50,662 bases of DNA from Girardia tigrina. Lineage: Eukaryota. Below the pieces are notes generated by a model, which saw only the letters and a program-made list of their open reading frames with translations, ran no database searches and had not been told where the DNA came from. Positions 14,118-26,420 of the stretch are shown here, piece by piece (position 1 is the first letter of the stretch; each line of letters opens with the position of its first letter). The stretch spans positions 1 to 50,662 of the forward strand of contig MQRK01241424.1 of assembly GCA_001938485.1 (NCBI GenBank), given 5' to 3'. The translations under genes were made by a program, and so were the position numbers.

Positions 14118-14211
14118 GGGATTGGAGATATGGTGTCCGTATGGATACATATCTTTACTCTTTCGATGCGTCCTCGTCGCGATCCTGGATACTCAACTAA
14201 ATTCGAGAGAG
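14118..14211 (+). ncRNA. HDV-like self-cleaving ribozyme in the LINE 5' end
   Basis: P1 GGGATT/GATCCT (G1·U), J1/2 hairpin, P2 CTCTTTCGA/TCGAGAGAG, P3 GCG/CGC, L3 TCCTCGT, P1.1 GG, catalytic C14197 followed by TAA; P4 weak. Confidence 0.75.
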
Positions 14212-16000
14212 GGTGCTCTCAGCTAGAGCTAGCAATCCATGAGTATGTTCCTTAATCATTGATACTACTAAACAAATGAATAGTACAGAGAATACTGGGA
14301 TTGCTCGCAAAATAATAGGATCTCAGGCTAAGTGGGGACCGGACTGGTGTCCCCCTACGCGGGATACACAGTTGGGTTTGAAGAAGGTTTGTACATGGAA
14401 TGTTCGAGGATTCGACGATCAGAAAGTCCTGAGCGTTACTGACGCTCTAGAATAGCTAAATGTAGATGTAGCCATCCTGACAGAAATGCACAAATTGGGC
14501 GTCGTGACTGAGAATTATGAAAAGTGGACCAGTTACAACCGACCACAAATGGGACAAATTTAGGAAAGAGGAGTTGGTTTATTAACCAGACTATCTAAAG
14601 GTGGTATCGATTTTGAGGTATTCTCGTATCGAACTTTCAGATCGAAAATCATTTCCTATAGAATAATTGTCGTAAGAGTGTACTCTCATTGTGGATACAG
14701 TGACAGCGAGAAAACCACATTCTATGACTCTCTAAACACGGAAAATGACTCTCTAAACGTCGGAAAGTATGCACACAGTGCACACGTCGGATAATGGGAA
14801 ATGTTAGTATTACTAGCTGAGGAGAAAGATATAAAGATAGTAAACTCCTTTTTTTCCATAATTAGTGGAAAAGCACCTGTTGGACCCACCTGGCGACGAA
14901 GAGGAGGGAGCTACTGGATTACTTTCTTGTGCGCTCAGAAAGCGTGAACAAGATTAAAGATGGTCAATCTAAGCATCTCTATGACTGTGGATCCTATCAC
15001 GATTGCGTAGTTTTATATCTAAAAAAAGATATAAGACAGCTAGTACAAAATGTAAGCCCAAAAAAGAAAGGCCTAAAAGCATTCGAAGAGATCTTGTAAC
15101 TCGTTACCGTGCAACTTTGTCGTCCAAGCTTCAGCGAACCATTGGGGAAACAGAACCAGTATGGGAAAATACAGAGAAACTTATTACATTACTACTTGAA
15201 AAGTACCAGAAGGTCAAAAGTACATCCTTGAAGGAAAACTGGTTACATAATCACAAAACTGAACTAATTCATCTCATAAACGAAAGGATTCACCACAGAA
15301 AGAAATGGATATTGCACCCTTCCGCACAAATTCTGCAGTGCTGGGGAGACACACGAAACATGGAAACTAGTTCCATTTGTAAATGGAAGCGAGAAATTAT
15401 CTGATGAAGTTTACCTGTTTGTCGGAATTGGGGATTTCGGAATATGGTTCTGAAAATTCGAGTCTATTAATTATGTATTTGTGGCAGGTATACCTGCAAA
15501 TCAAAGTGAATTAATCATTATGGCCCTATCAGGTGATGCATCATCAGGAACGACCCTGGTATTTAACACAGCTCGGATTCTAGTTGAGTGTCACACTAAA
15601 AGTAATGTAAAGAGTACTGCAGCATGTTTTGATGTCGGATCCAGAGGTCCGTCTTGATGACATCGTAGTAGATACAGTCAAGATGATAGTAGATCAATTG
15701 ATAGAAGTACTTGATGGTTTTGTCAGGAGGCAAAACCGCCGATAATACTGAAGGGATGTCTTACACAACAGAACTTCCAGGTTTTCTAACCAGGCGCAAT
15801 CTATTTGAGGTCGTTTGACAAGTCACTATCCAGTTTACGGGATGGTTGGGGTCAGCATTTAGTGGAATCTAGCAGATCGTTGGTGAGGGAAGTTTAAATT
15901 CCGAAGTGAAACTGTATGCAACTGCAATAGCATAGCATTAGGCCAAGAGGGTTAAAAAAAGAGAATCCTGATCGGATCACCTCGTGAATTTGATCTATTA
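14118..16000 (+). mobile_element. Decayed non-LTR retrotransposon (RTE-like) 5' part with APE endonuclease, inserted next to (TA)n
   Basis: Frameshifted APE motifs VCTWNVRG, DVAILTE, RGVGLL, LLDYFLVR and an SDH-like GSYH; ORF 15003-15404 is the EN-RT linker; 3' boundary approximate. Confidence 0.75.
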
Positions 16001-16240
16001 ACAGATTCGCATGAGCATTTTTAATCGATGTTGATGTGGTGTGTAAGAGCAAAGTAAAGTTCAGTTGTTGTGAACTTCAAATTGCTGTTACAAAAAAAAA
16101 CAAATGCAATGAATAAAAAGACAAAATAATCAAAACTCTTAATTATCAAACACAAACGGAAGGACTAAAAAGAAGTAATTAAAATAGATCACGGTAAAAC
16201 GAAATGAGTTCCGTGGGAAAAATGGATAAAATAACGTTAC

Positions 16241-16520
16241 TTCAAATTGCTTCTTCAAAATATTTGATTATATGGTGAGACGACAATTTCTTTATATTGT
16301 ATGCCGGTTAATTGATGATCGAGGAACGTCGAATATTCGTATATGAATATGAGAGCTGAGATCCGGATATTTCAGGCGATTCGGGAATTGTAATGTTCAA
16401 ATTGCTTCTTCAAAATATTTGATTATATGGTGAGACGACAATTTCCTTCTATTATATGCCGGTTAATTGATGATTGAGGAAAGTCGAATATTCGTATATG
16501 AATATGAGAGCCGAGATCCG
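16241..16520. repeat. Tandem duplication, ~125-bp unit with ~155-bp period
   Basis: TTCAAATTGCTTCTTCAAAATATTTGATTATATGGTGAGACG...GAGATCCG at 16241 and 16396. Confidence 0.9.
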
Positions 16521-17307
16521 TTAATGAAATCAGAACTAATAATTCTGATAATGATAATAGTAATAATAATTCCGACGGTAATTAATTATTTCTGTTTATT
16601 GCTTGCCAATTAGATCAATTTAATTATTGATCGTTTTTTTTAATTTGATCTTTAATATTTTGGCGAAATGAATATCTAAATTGGCTTTCATGTCCGTCTA
16701 TGTGATTTGATGGAAGATTTAATTTTTGTTACCATTCTATTAATAATTGGACATAAAAATAAGATAATAAAATAATAAAATAACAAAATAAAATAAGTAG
16801 GGCACTACATGGTGCATTCAGTGTGCATCGATCGATCATGTGTATGTCCACTGGGAAAAAGCATAAATTAGCTACGTAATACATGTTAGCGGTGACAGTG
16901 GATGATACGTATATCAGGGATGAAAAATTCCTCACATTGGTGAACTGCGGTCAAGGGTTGTTTCTTGTTTGGCCCCAGGTAGCGTCCGAAAAGGAAACAA
17001 ATGTTTACGCAGTTATGTGATTCAGAGGCGTAGCTAAGGGGAGGATATAGGGAATTGGTCCCTCCAACGAAATATTTTCAAAAACATTTCCAAAATAAAA
17101 ATTTACTTAATATAGCAAAAATTTCGATTAAATCATTTCTATTTAATAAAATTATTTGTGGTTTAAAATTTTATAAATAAACATTATTAATTATAAATTT
17201 TATCTAAAAGAAATAATTTTCTTAAATATTAATAATTTTAATGAATTTTCAATTAATTTACTCTATTATTACTTTGATAAAAATATAGTTAATAAAAAAT
17301 TTAATCT

Positions 17308-19560
17308 GGTTTAAAGAAATTTGATTGCAGCTACATCATCATGAAGATGCAACATTATATCACCGATTTATTTTCACCGAGAAGAAAGAGATCCAAATCC
17401 CTTTCTGCAGGCAGTACTAATTCAAATTTAAACTCAGTATTGACTTCAACTTTTATATCATCTATTCTTCTACCAACTATAAATGACGCATCTAACTCCT
17501 CTCCTGTCGCAAACAAATAAATCACTTTTAAAACTTTCTTTAAAGGTAGGGCCCCTTCATAGCGCAGGCGTGAGGCGGTTTGAGACATTTACTGGTTTTA
17601 ACTTGAGGTGGTCGGAAGTCCTCTGGAATCTAAAAAAAATAAAGTACAATTATTAATTAATTAATTTGTCAAAAAATTCATTAATTGACAAAACTGATTA
17701 ATCAAAGTTAGATTGTTTTGTTTGTTGATCGTCTGTTTTTCCATTGGTGGTCTCGGGACTTTCATCATATTGACAGTACCTCGCGTCTCGTTTTGTGTTT
17801 TGATGGAAGCCTCCCTGTGTGAGGTCTGTTGTTTTTTTCTTTAAGACTTCCAGCATGACGAGATAAAAAGTGTACCGTTTTGTATTTTGATGGAAGTCCT
17901 TTGTGTGTTTTTTTTGTTCAATGTCATTTATTTTGTTTTCCAGTTTTGTATAAATTGACGAGTTTGTATTAGAAAGATTAGATTATTAAATACTTTTACA
18001 AATTTGTTATTAATTTTTTTAGATAAGAACAAAGTTTTTTTCTTTTATTTTCATTTGGATGGCTGGAGGTTAGAAGACGGACTTGGAGAAAATGGTGGCC
18101 GCCGATCTGTTGACGGATATCGACAGGTGATCATAGTGCCTGCCGTGACAGTTGACGATCTGGCAGCAGAAAAGGACGTGACGCTCCGTTAAAAATGCCA
18201 CGAAAGTTTGTCGTAAATTAAATATTAAACAGAATTTCCAACCTCCATCCATCTCAGTTTTTGTGTTTTTCTTTTTCTTATCCGTGGTCATCATCTTTTT
18301 ATTTCAGAAAACCAAAATAAGACAATGGAAAACAAACAAAATCTTTTCCTGGAGCTCGGAGAATGGAAGAAAAAATACTGGAAAGTAAAGACCGATCTGA
18401 CAGAAGCAGTATTAGAATTGGAGGAATACAAAAGAAACTCCGTTCCTTTGTTGGTGCACAAACCCACCGTTGAAAAACGTTTAGAGGCCCAGCGGAGGGT
18501 CAGATCTCTTCAAATGTAGATTACAGATATCCACATCCAACAAAAAATCAATAATTACCGACGAAAAATCGTCGATCGTGTTTCTCAGTAGCACCCTGAG
18601 ATCATCATCGAAGCGGCTAATGAAATAAATATGAAACTACCTGAGAATGGGGTTATTAGACCCCCAAAGTCGAGTTCATCGATTTATGGGTCGACTTCAA
18701 AAGAAGACATGATGTTGTCCTCCACTTGCACAGTCACCTGAGCTCAAAAGCGTCGGGAACAAAGGAAAAGAGGGGCCCAATTACATCAACAAGCTAAGGA
18801 CGAACTGAAGGAAATTCATCTCTTAAACTTTAAGACTTAAAGGAACTAATCGCGGAGACAAGGACTGGGAACACCCACAACACCGAACAGTCGTATATGA
18901 CGTCACCACGCAGTGAACATGATCATGTTGTTCTGCCGCAAGCTAGAAACTGCTTCGAGGAAATTTTGGATAGACAACAGTGACTGGTTCTCGATTTCAA
19001 ATTTCAGGCATGGAAAGAAAAGAAAAATCGGCTAGAGTATCGATCTATCACCATCCGCTAAGAGGAAGAATTTATTGTCTTATCGGACTCCGATGAGTGA
19101 TGACGGCGGATAAACCTTTTCTTTTGTTTACGTGAGAAAATAATTTTTTGTTTAGTTTTATTCCTTTCTTTATTTTATTATGACTGAAAAATGAAAATGA
19201 AAATAGTATAACTGAATAATAAATTTATAATTACGACCTCAACGAAACAGATAAACAAAATATGGAAACATAAAACCATTTTATGAAATGTAAATCATTT
19301 TAAGTAAAAGTTTTTAAAGATCATAGAAACTTATAAAACATATATAGAATTAAATCAACCCTTAGACAACATTTACTTTAAAGGTTTAGTAAAAGTAGAT
19401 GTGGGGAACCTGGAAGGTATCGGATTTGGATCACTGGTAAGGCTATTGGACCAGATGAACTTAATTTGGTACGATATGAACCACTCACCAGCATCAGGAG
19501 AAATCTCCTGATGGGGTTCATATCAAAACAATGTATTGGTAGTAATAATATAAAAAGATA
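17308..19560. pseudogene. Compact cluster of decayed unknown ORFs (one on minus, two on plus), probably derived from a mobile element or virus
   Basis: ORF 17588->17308 with one frameshift; ORF 18325->~19110 and ORF ~19190-19510 continue through in-frame stops; acceptor-like TTTTAG/TTTCAG just before two of the ATGs; no recognised domain. Confidence 0.35.
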
Positions 19561-19876
19561 AATTAAATTAATTGGATAATAATAAAATTATTATAAATCC
19601 CACACAGATATCAGTATTTGAAACTTTGATTTGTATGCTCAATGAAAGGGCCGAATATTCAGCCATTTCTTTTATTATATCATTTTAAATCTTTTGAAAT
19701 ATTTAAAAAACACATTAAAAACATATTGTATTTTTAAATACGTATTTGAATTTTTAATAGTTGTTTTATTATATCATTTTTAATTTTTAAATATTTAATA
19801 AGCATATTAACATTAAAATATTTTACCTCTTAAATCAAGAAAATAATAAATTATTCTGGCGAGATGAAAATTTAAA

Positions 19877-22800
19877 TTAACCCCTCATATCCCCCTTCTT
19901 TAAGAATTTTCTCAATTTTTCCACGTTTCGATCTAAAATTCTTCCATCCTCATTTATTAGTTTATACCTTCTATCGTGTGTTTTCTCTACCACTTTATAC
20001 GGTCCTTTATATTTGTCTTTACTCTTTATCCCCGTTTCCACCTTGACTAGTACTTCATCGCCGATTTCAAAATTTCTTTTGGTTGTGTCTTCTCTTTCTT
20101 GCTGTAACTTTATATCTTGACTATGCCATCTTTCTCTGTATATTTTCTTACCGAATATAATTTCCGCTGGGCTCTTCCCTATTGTTTTCTGAAAAGTTGC
20201 ATTTAATGTGAATTCTATTTCCGGTAGTAGTTCCTCCCAGTATGATCCTTTCTTTGTATGTAACAATGCGTTTAAATATTCTCTTATTGTCCGAAATATT
20301 CTTTCTACTATTCCATTCGTGTTATGATGGTAAGGGCTCGAGTAACATATATTTATGCTCATGCTTTCAGCCATCGATTTCGTTATGTTACCTTCGATTT
20401 GAATGTCTTGCCACAATCTGTATGTATTTCCTTCGGTGCTCCAAATCTTAAGATCCATTTGGTCATTATGGTGTCTTTTATGGTTATTTCATCCTGCTTG
20501 GTAATGGCTGTCAAAGATATATACCTACTAAACTGATCTATGATTGCAACAATATACTTTTTCCTTCTCCAAGTCTCCTTTAGTTGTCCGCATATATCTA
20601 TGTACACTTTCTCAAATGGTTCATTTGCGACCAGTGTCACTCGTTTTTCCTTTACTTTTTTGGCATGCTTCGCATTGTCCAATTACTTCTTTTATTATTT
20701 CATTCCGATTGATCATGACATAATTTTCTGAGTTGTATTTCGTTACTTTCTCTGCGCCAGCGTGCGGCAATAACGTATGTATTTGTATGATCATTTCTTT
20801 TCTTTTTGATTTTGGTATCCAAATCTTCCCATGTTTGTTCTTATTATGTCGTCTTCAATCGTAAGCTTTCTATATTTACCTGAACTTGGGTATCTTAATT
20901 TCTTCTATTTTTTCTTGTTCATATTTGAATATCTGTGTTGTGTCCAGCGCGTTGATTCTTCGAGTCTTTATCTTCATCATTTTAGCATCTTCATGAGGTA
21001 TCAAGCATTGCGTACATATATCACATGTATTCCGAGACAACATAACCGCGTTGGAATGATCTGTTCCTTTTCTGTATTCTAGTGTATGTCTAGGCTTGAT
21101 AAATAATTTATCCATGTCTGAAATTGCGCCGTTATCTGTTTTTTTTGTTTTAACCATAAACTTAATTGTCTTATGATCCGTTCTCAAAGTGAATTGCTTC
21201 CCGAATAAATAATGATTACAATGCTGATAGAAGTAATATATTGCCAACAGCTCATTCTTAGTAATGCAGTATCCTTTTTCATGATTATTCATGGAGTGTG
21301 AACCATATGCAATAACTCTCTCACGTCCGTTCTTGTCTCTTTGGGATAATACTGCTCCAATCGTGTCGAAACTGTCATCAGTGTCCAGTATAAATTCTTT
21401 CTGGAAGTTTAGGAATCCTAGAATCGGTGGTATTGTTAAAGCCTCTTTCATCTCCGCAAATGCTACAGAAAGAAAAATTCTGTCCTTAACAATTTCTTCT
21501 TGTTCAATCCACACAGTTGTTTTAAAGTCTTGGCCTTTGTTGCGTAGTCATTAATAAATCGTCTATAATAATTGCAAATTCCAAGGAAACTTCTTAGATT
21601 CTTTATGCATTTCGGTCTTTCAAATGTCTTTATGGCTTCTAATTTAGATGGGTCCATCTGTATACCTTTATCATTAATTACATGTCCCAAAAATTTAACT
21701 TTCGTTTTTAAGATATGGTACTTTTCCGGATTAATTCATAAACCTGCTTTCCCGATTTGGTCCAATAAAAGTTTCGTAATGTTGTTCCAACGATTTTGAA
21801 TATATAACAATGTCATCTAAATATACCACTGTCTGTTCTATGCCTCCGAGCACCTTTGTCATGATTTCCTGAAACGTTTCCGGTGTCGCTGCTATACCAA
21901 ACGGCATTCTATTGAAACAAAATTGTCCTAGCTTTGTGGAAAATGCTGTTTTTAGCTTTGAATCTTCCTCTAGTTCGACCTGGTAGTATGTATTGCCTAA
22001 ATCGATTGATGTGAAATATCTGGTTCCATACAATCTGTCCATCATTTCTATCATATTCGGCATAGGAAATACCTGTCTCTTCGTAACTAGGTTTAGCTGC
22101 CTAAAATCCAAGTAAATTCTAACATCATTTTTTTCTTTCTTCCATATAAAAATCATCGGTGTATTCCATGGTGAATTACATTTCTTAATAATGTTGTTTT
22201 CCCACAAATTCTTAATAGTCTCATCGATGTTTTCTTCCAGATTAACTGCTTGCCTATGTGGTATAAGGTTAATTGGAGGTCCTTTTGTGTCTATTCTATG
22301 TTTAATCATCGTCGTACATCCGATATCCCATTTATCCGCCATAAAAACTCCTTGATATTTTTTAACAATATCCACAATCTTTGGTTTATCTGCAATTTTC
22401 ATAATTTCCATGGCTCTTTTGAATCTTTCCTCGTTGAACGTTACGTTTAAATTTGGCTTCTAAGTTACATACTTGATATAATTGTTTGTTCACATCATTC
22501 TCTTTCTTTTTCCAATGTAACTCGATTCCAAACGCCATCTGCAATTCTATTTCTCCTATTATGTCTGGTTTTACGTCATTTACTACAATGAACGTTATAT
22601 TTCTCCGTTTTTCTTTAATTTCTATGTCCACTGAAATTTTACCCATACAATCTAGTTGACTACTGTTCACACAGTTTAATTTAATATCTGCCTTTCTAAT
22701 TTTACGTTCGTTAGTTTCTCAAAAATCTTTCTGTGGACTACATTTACTGTTGCACCTGTGTCTAATAAACAATCCTCCACGTTACCTTTTATCATCAACT

Positions 22801-23020
22801 TTACACTCGGCCGGCCTTGCATTCTATCATACAATATATTTTCTGCTTTCCATTCATCTATTGACAAAATCCTGACATTTTCCTCTGTGTTCTTTTCTTC
22901 AATTGTTCCAACTAAATTTCGTCCAAGCTTGTACTCAAAAGTTTCTTTCTTTATAAATTTCCGTACTTTATCATTTACACTTGCTTCCCTTATGTCAACA
23001 TTCCTTTCATCGTCTATCAC
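19877..23020 (-). pseudogene. Gypsy pol (PR-RT-RH-IN), multiple frameshifts
   Basis: ORF fragments 22676-23020, 22386-22670, 21731-22411, 21463-21690, 20876-21514, 20383-20682, 19877-20458. Confidence 0.95.
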
Positions 23021-23099
23021 TACGTCTATAATACTTGATATATTACTTCTACTATAAATACCAATACTTTGGGAGTCACTGTTATCTTTTAATTTATTG

Positions 23100-24225
23100 C
23101 CCCGACTAGCTCCACTTCTGTCGAGGCATTGCCTTTATGGTGTTCACTTCCTTTAACTGATTTTTCATATTCTTCATCAATGTTATTCACGAATCTTCGA
23201 TTATCTCCTTGTCTTCTCTCTTCTCTATTTCTATATCTTTGTTGATTGTATCCCGATCCTCGATAGTTATTGTCACCTGTATTTTGCTATCTTCTGCCAT
23301 TTAAGTTTGTATAACATTCACTTTCACTGTGACCTTTATTTTGACATCTTTTGCATTCGATGTTTGGACAGTTTCTTCTTACGTGTCCTTGTTGTCCACA
23401 ACCATAACATTTTATTGATCACCTTTCCGAACAGTTTCTTATCATGTGTCCTTTTCCACATCCTAAACACTTGATTGGTTTTCTTTGTCTACACGTTTCA
23501 CTTGTGTGATCTACTTTTTCACAATTTCTGCATTTGACCGCTTTCATGCCTTGAGCGTATTCTGTAGTATTTCTACCAACCCGTGTTATGATTTTGTCCG
23601 TATTTACTGTCTCCTGTTACTGCTTCTCTATAACATCGGGGTCTGTTTTGCATCACCAGGTATCTTACTACATTCACGTCTTCTGTCACACTTTTGACGT
23701 CGTGTACTGCCTTTATCTTTTCTTTTATCTCATCTATGCCTTTTACTTTATTAAGTCTCACTTTTTTTTATGTCCACATCATCACAACAATGTAACAATA
23801 ATGCTTCCGTGAGGGCCTCTTTTGACAAGTCATGTTTCAAGATCTTGGCTACGAGCTTTTCTACTTTCTCAAAAAGTACTTCCGGTATATCTTCCTTCAT
23901 CCTGTACCGGCATGCCTCAGTCAGGTCTTCGAATAGTGAGGAAGTTCGATCGGTCTTTCTCAATCGGTCTTTATAGCCTACTATTGTCTTATCTACCGCT
24001 TTGTATTGATTTTTCAGATCTCTCTCTAAACAAACAAATGATTATTGTCCCTTGTTTGGCCTTCGCTATTCCTGCAAAATTAAAGAATGTTTCACATTCT
24101 TCAATAAATGTCTCCACATTATCAACTTTCTTGTACTTTTCAGGTAACAATTGACCCGTAAAGATATACATTGCAGCGGTAGTTGCCATGTGAGAAGTGG
24201 TTGCAACATCAATATCTGAATTCAT
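23100..24225 (-). pseudogene. Gypsy gag, frameshifted
   Basis: CYGCGQQGHVRRNC, CKRCQNKGHSESEC and CLGCGKGHMIRNC knuckles; ORF fragments 23989-24225, 23751-23963, 23573-23761. Confidence 0.85.
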
Positions 24226-24342
24226 TTTTTTATGATTTTCTTTTATTATATCATTTTTAATTTTTTAAAATATTTAAAAAACACATTAAAAACATATTTT
24301 ATTTTTAAATACGCATTGGATTTTTTAATAGTTGTTTTATTA

Positions 24343-26299
24343 CAGTCACTTTTTGAGATAATAAGGTGACCTAAAAAATTCCCGCTCATTAAAAAAAGAT
24401 AATGAAGATTTCAACATTTATCCATTTAAAAAACGTTATTTTTGAAGTTCTATGTTTTTGCTATCTATTATTTGATTTCTAAGATCAACCAAGTTTTTGA
24501 GTGCAGAGTTATTATACACCAGAAAGTACCTATCCAATTTTTTTAAACAACACACAACATCTGCATATCCGATCTCTGGTTCATCTTGTTCTAATGTTTC
24601 TTCATGTTCAACAGATTTATTTAGAGATTCAACCTGTTCGAGAAAAGCTGTGTTATCAATATCGGAATCTGCACATATTGTAAAGTCATTGTATTCAAAT
24701 ATTTCAGAAACATCTATGTTAGTATTTGATGGAGCGGTATTATTAACTTCATTTACAGGAACTGTATCTTTAGTATATCCTCTACAATTAATAAATCCAT
24801 GTCTTAAATAGTTGGCTATGGTTTCTTTGCTAATTGAGCTCCAAACATTTATTTATGAGCGGAAGGACTTCAACTAAACTAGTTCTTTTAATTGCTTCCT
24901 CATGTGTAGTTGTGTCATTTTCATTTTCCTTATTTAAATTTCTCGTAAATGTTTTTGTGTAATATGCTTTGAATGCTTTGATAATTCCTTGATCTAGGGG
25001 CTGTATCTTGGAAGTACTGTTTATGGGAAGGTAATAAAGCTCTATATTACTGAAAACCTTATTAGTATTGTGTACTGGAACAATGAAAAATGAAAATCGA
25101 AAAATTTTATTATTGCTAGACAATAAGATCATGTAATCACCGGCCAAAAATTTAACAGGTCATCAAAGAAGTTTTGTTATTCTCGTATTTTAAACACATC
25201 TTAGAAAAGTCGAGGTTTTCAAATCCCCTGGGAGATTTAAATTTCCCTATTTATAGCGGGGGATTTTTGCACCCGTTTCATTTGAGCAAAAAAGAAGTGT
25301 TACTCTTTCTTTAGAGAATTTTCCATTAGCCTTTTCCTCGCTTCTTAAAATAAGTGTCTTTTTTGGAGGACACTTAAAGAACAACCCTGTTTCGTTACAA
25401 TTAAATACGCCACTATTAGCATATTTATTATAAACCTTTTTGAATTCTGCCATTGATTCACATAAAACCAAAGGGTTTACCAAACCTTCTTCACCAAAAA
25501 TAAATTGTGTTTATATTCCATATGATCTTTTAAATTTCGATATCAATGTGCTGGAAGCTTTAAAGTTTTCCATTTACAATTTTTTGGCAATTTTTAATGT
25601 CATCTTCTCCAACATTAAGTTTGTTATTGTGTTGTTCAACATTCTATTCCTTGATATCCCATCGTAGTGATGCGGATATATTTCGTGTGTCCTTATATTT
25701 GAAACAACACTTTTATTGCCAGCAATTTCCTTTTCATACTCTGATTTATACTTCTCCATGTTGTTAACAATTTCGTTTACCGTTGCAACTGGCATCTTAA
25801 ATTTATTGACAAGAGATGCCTGCGTTACAAATTTATTTTCCAGCTTAAAATTTGCAACGGCCTGTTTTTCTGCAATTGAATATCTTCTTCTTTTTGGTTT
25901 TCTGTTAATTACCATGGGCATTTTTTATCTAAAATAATTTAAATCTCAAAATCAAAAAAGTAAAAAAATTTTAAACTTAAAAAAATCAAAATTTTCAAAA
26001 AGCGTTCAAATTTTTGAAATAATAAAACAAAATAAATAATAGAAATGCAATGTCATATATAAATATTTACTTTATGATTGATTTATTTATTTATTTACTT
26101 TATTTATTGATTTACTTTATGATTTATTGATTGTTTAAAAATTACTAAAGTGATTTATTATTTTAAGAATTTTTCTCGTTCATTATCAAAAAATTCATTA
26201 TCTCGAAAATTTCCCGCATTTCCTAAAGAAACAATCAGTAGACACTCATTATTTAAAAAATTCCTTATTAAAAAAAGTCATTATCTCAAAAAGTTACTG
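24343..26299 (-). mobile_element. pogo/Tigger DNA transposon (CENP-B HTH + DDE_1) inserted in the Gypsy 5' LTR
   Basis: TIRs CAGTCACTTTTTGAGATAAT / revcomp CAGTAACTTTTTGAGATAAT (19/20), TA TSD; empty site intact in the 3' LTR; motifs VFNCNETGLFFK and IQPLDQGIIKAFKAYY. Confidence 0.95.
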
Positions 26300-26420
26300 T
26301 ATATCATTTTTAATTTTAAAATATTTAATAAGCATATTAACATTAAAATATTTTGCCTTTTAAATTAAAAAAAATAATAAATTATTCTTGCGAGATGAAA
26401 ATATAAATTAATCCCTCATA

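Larger units (their letters stand above)
19667..26420 (-). mobile_element. Ty3/Gypsy LTR retrotransposon, frameshifted but nearly full length
   Basis: Gag with three CCHC knuckles (~23310-23475), protease LLDTGA, RT YLDD, RNase H, integrase ending in a GPY module; PPT AAGAAGGGGGA; LTRs 19667-19889 and 24231(24189)-24342+26300-26420. Confidence 0.95.
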
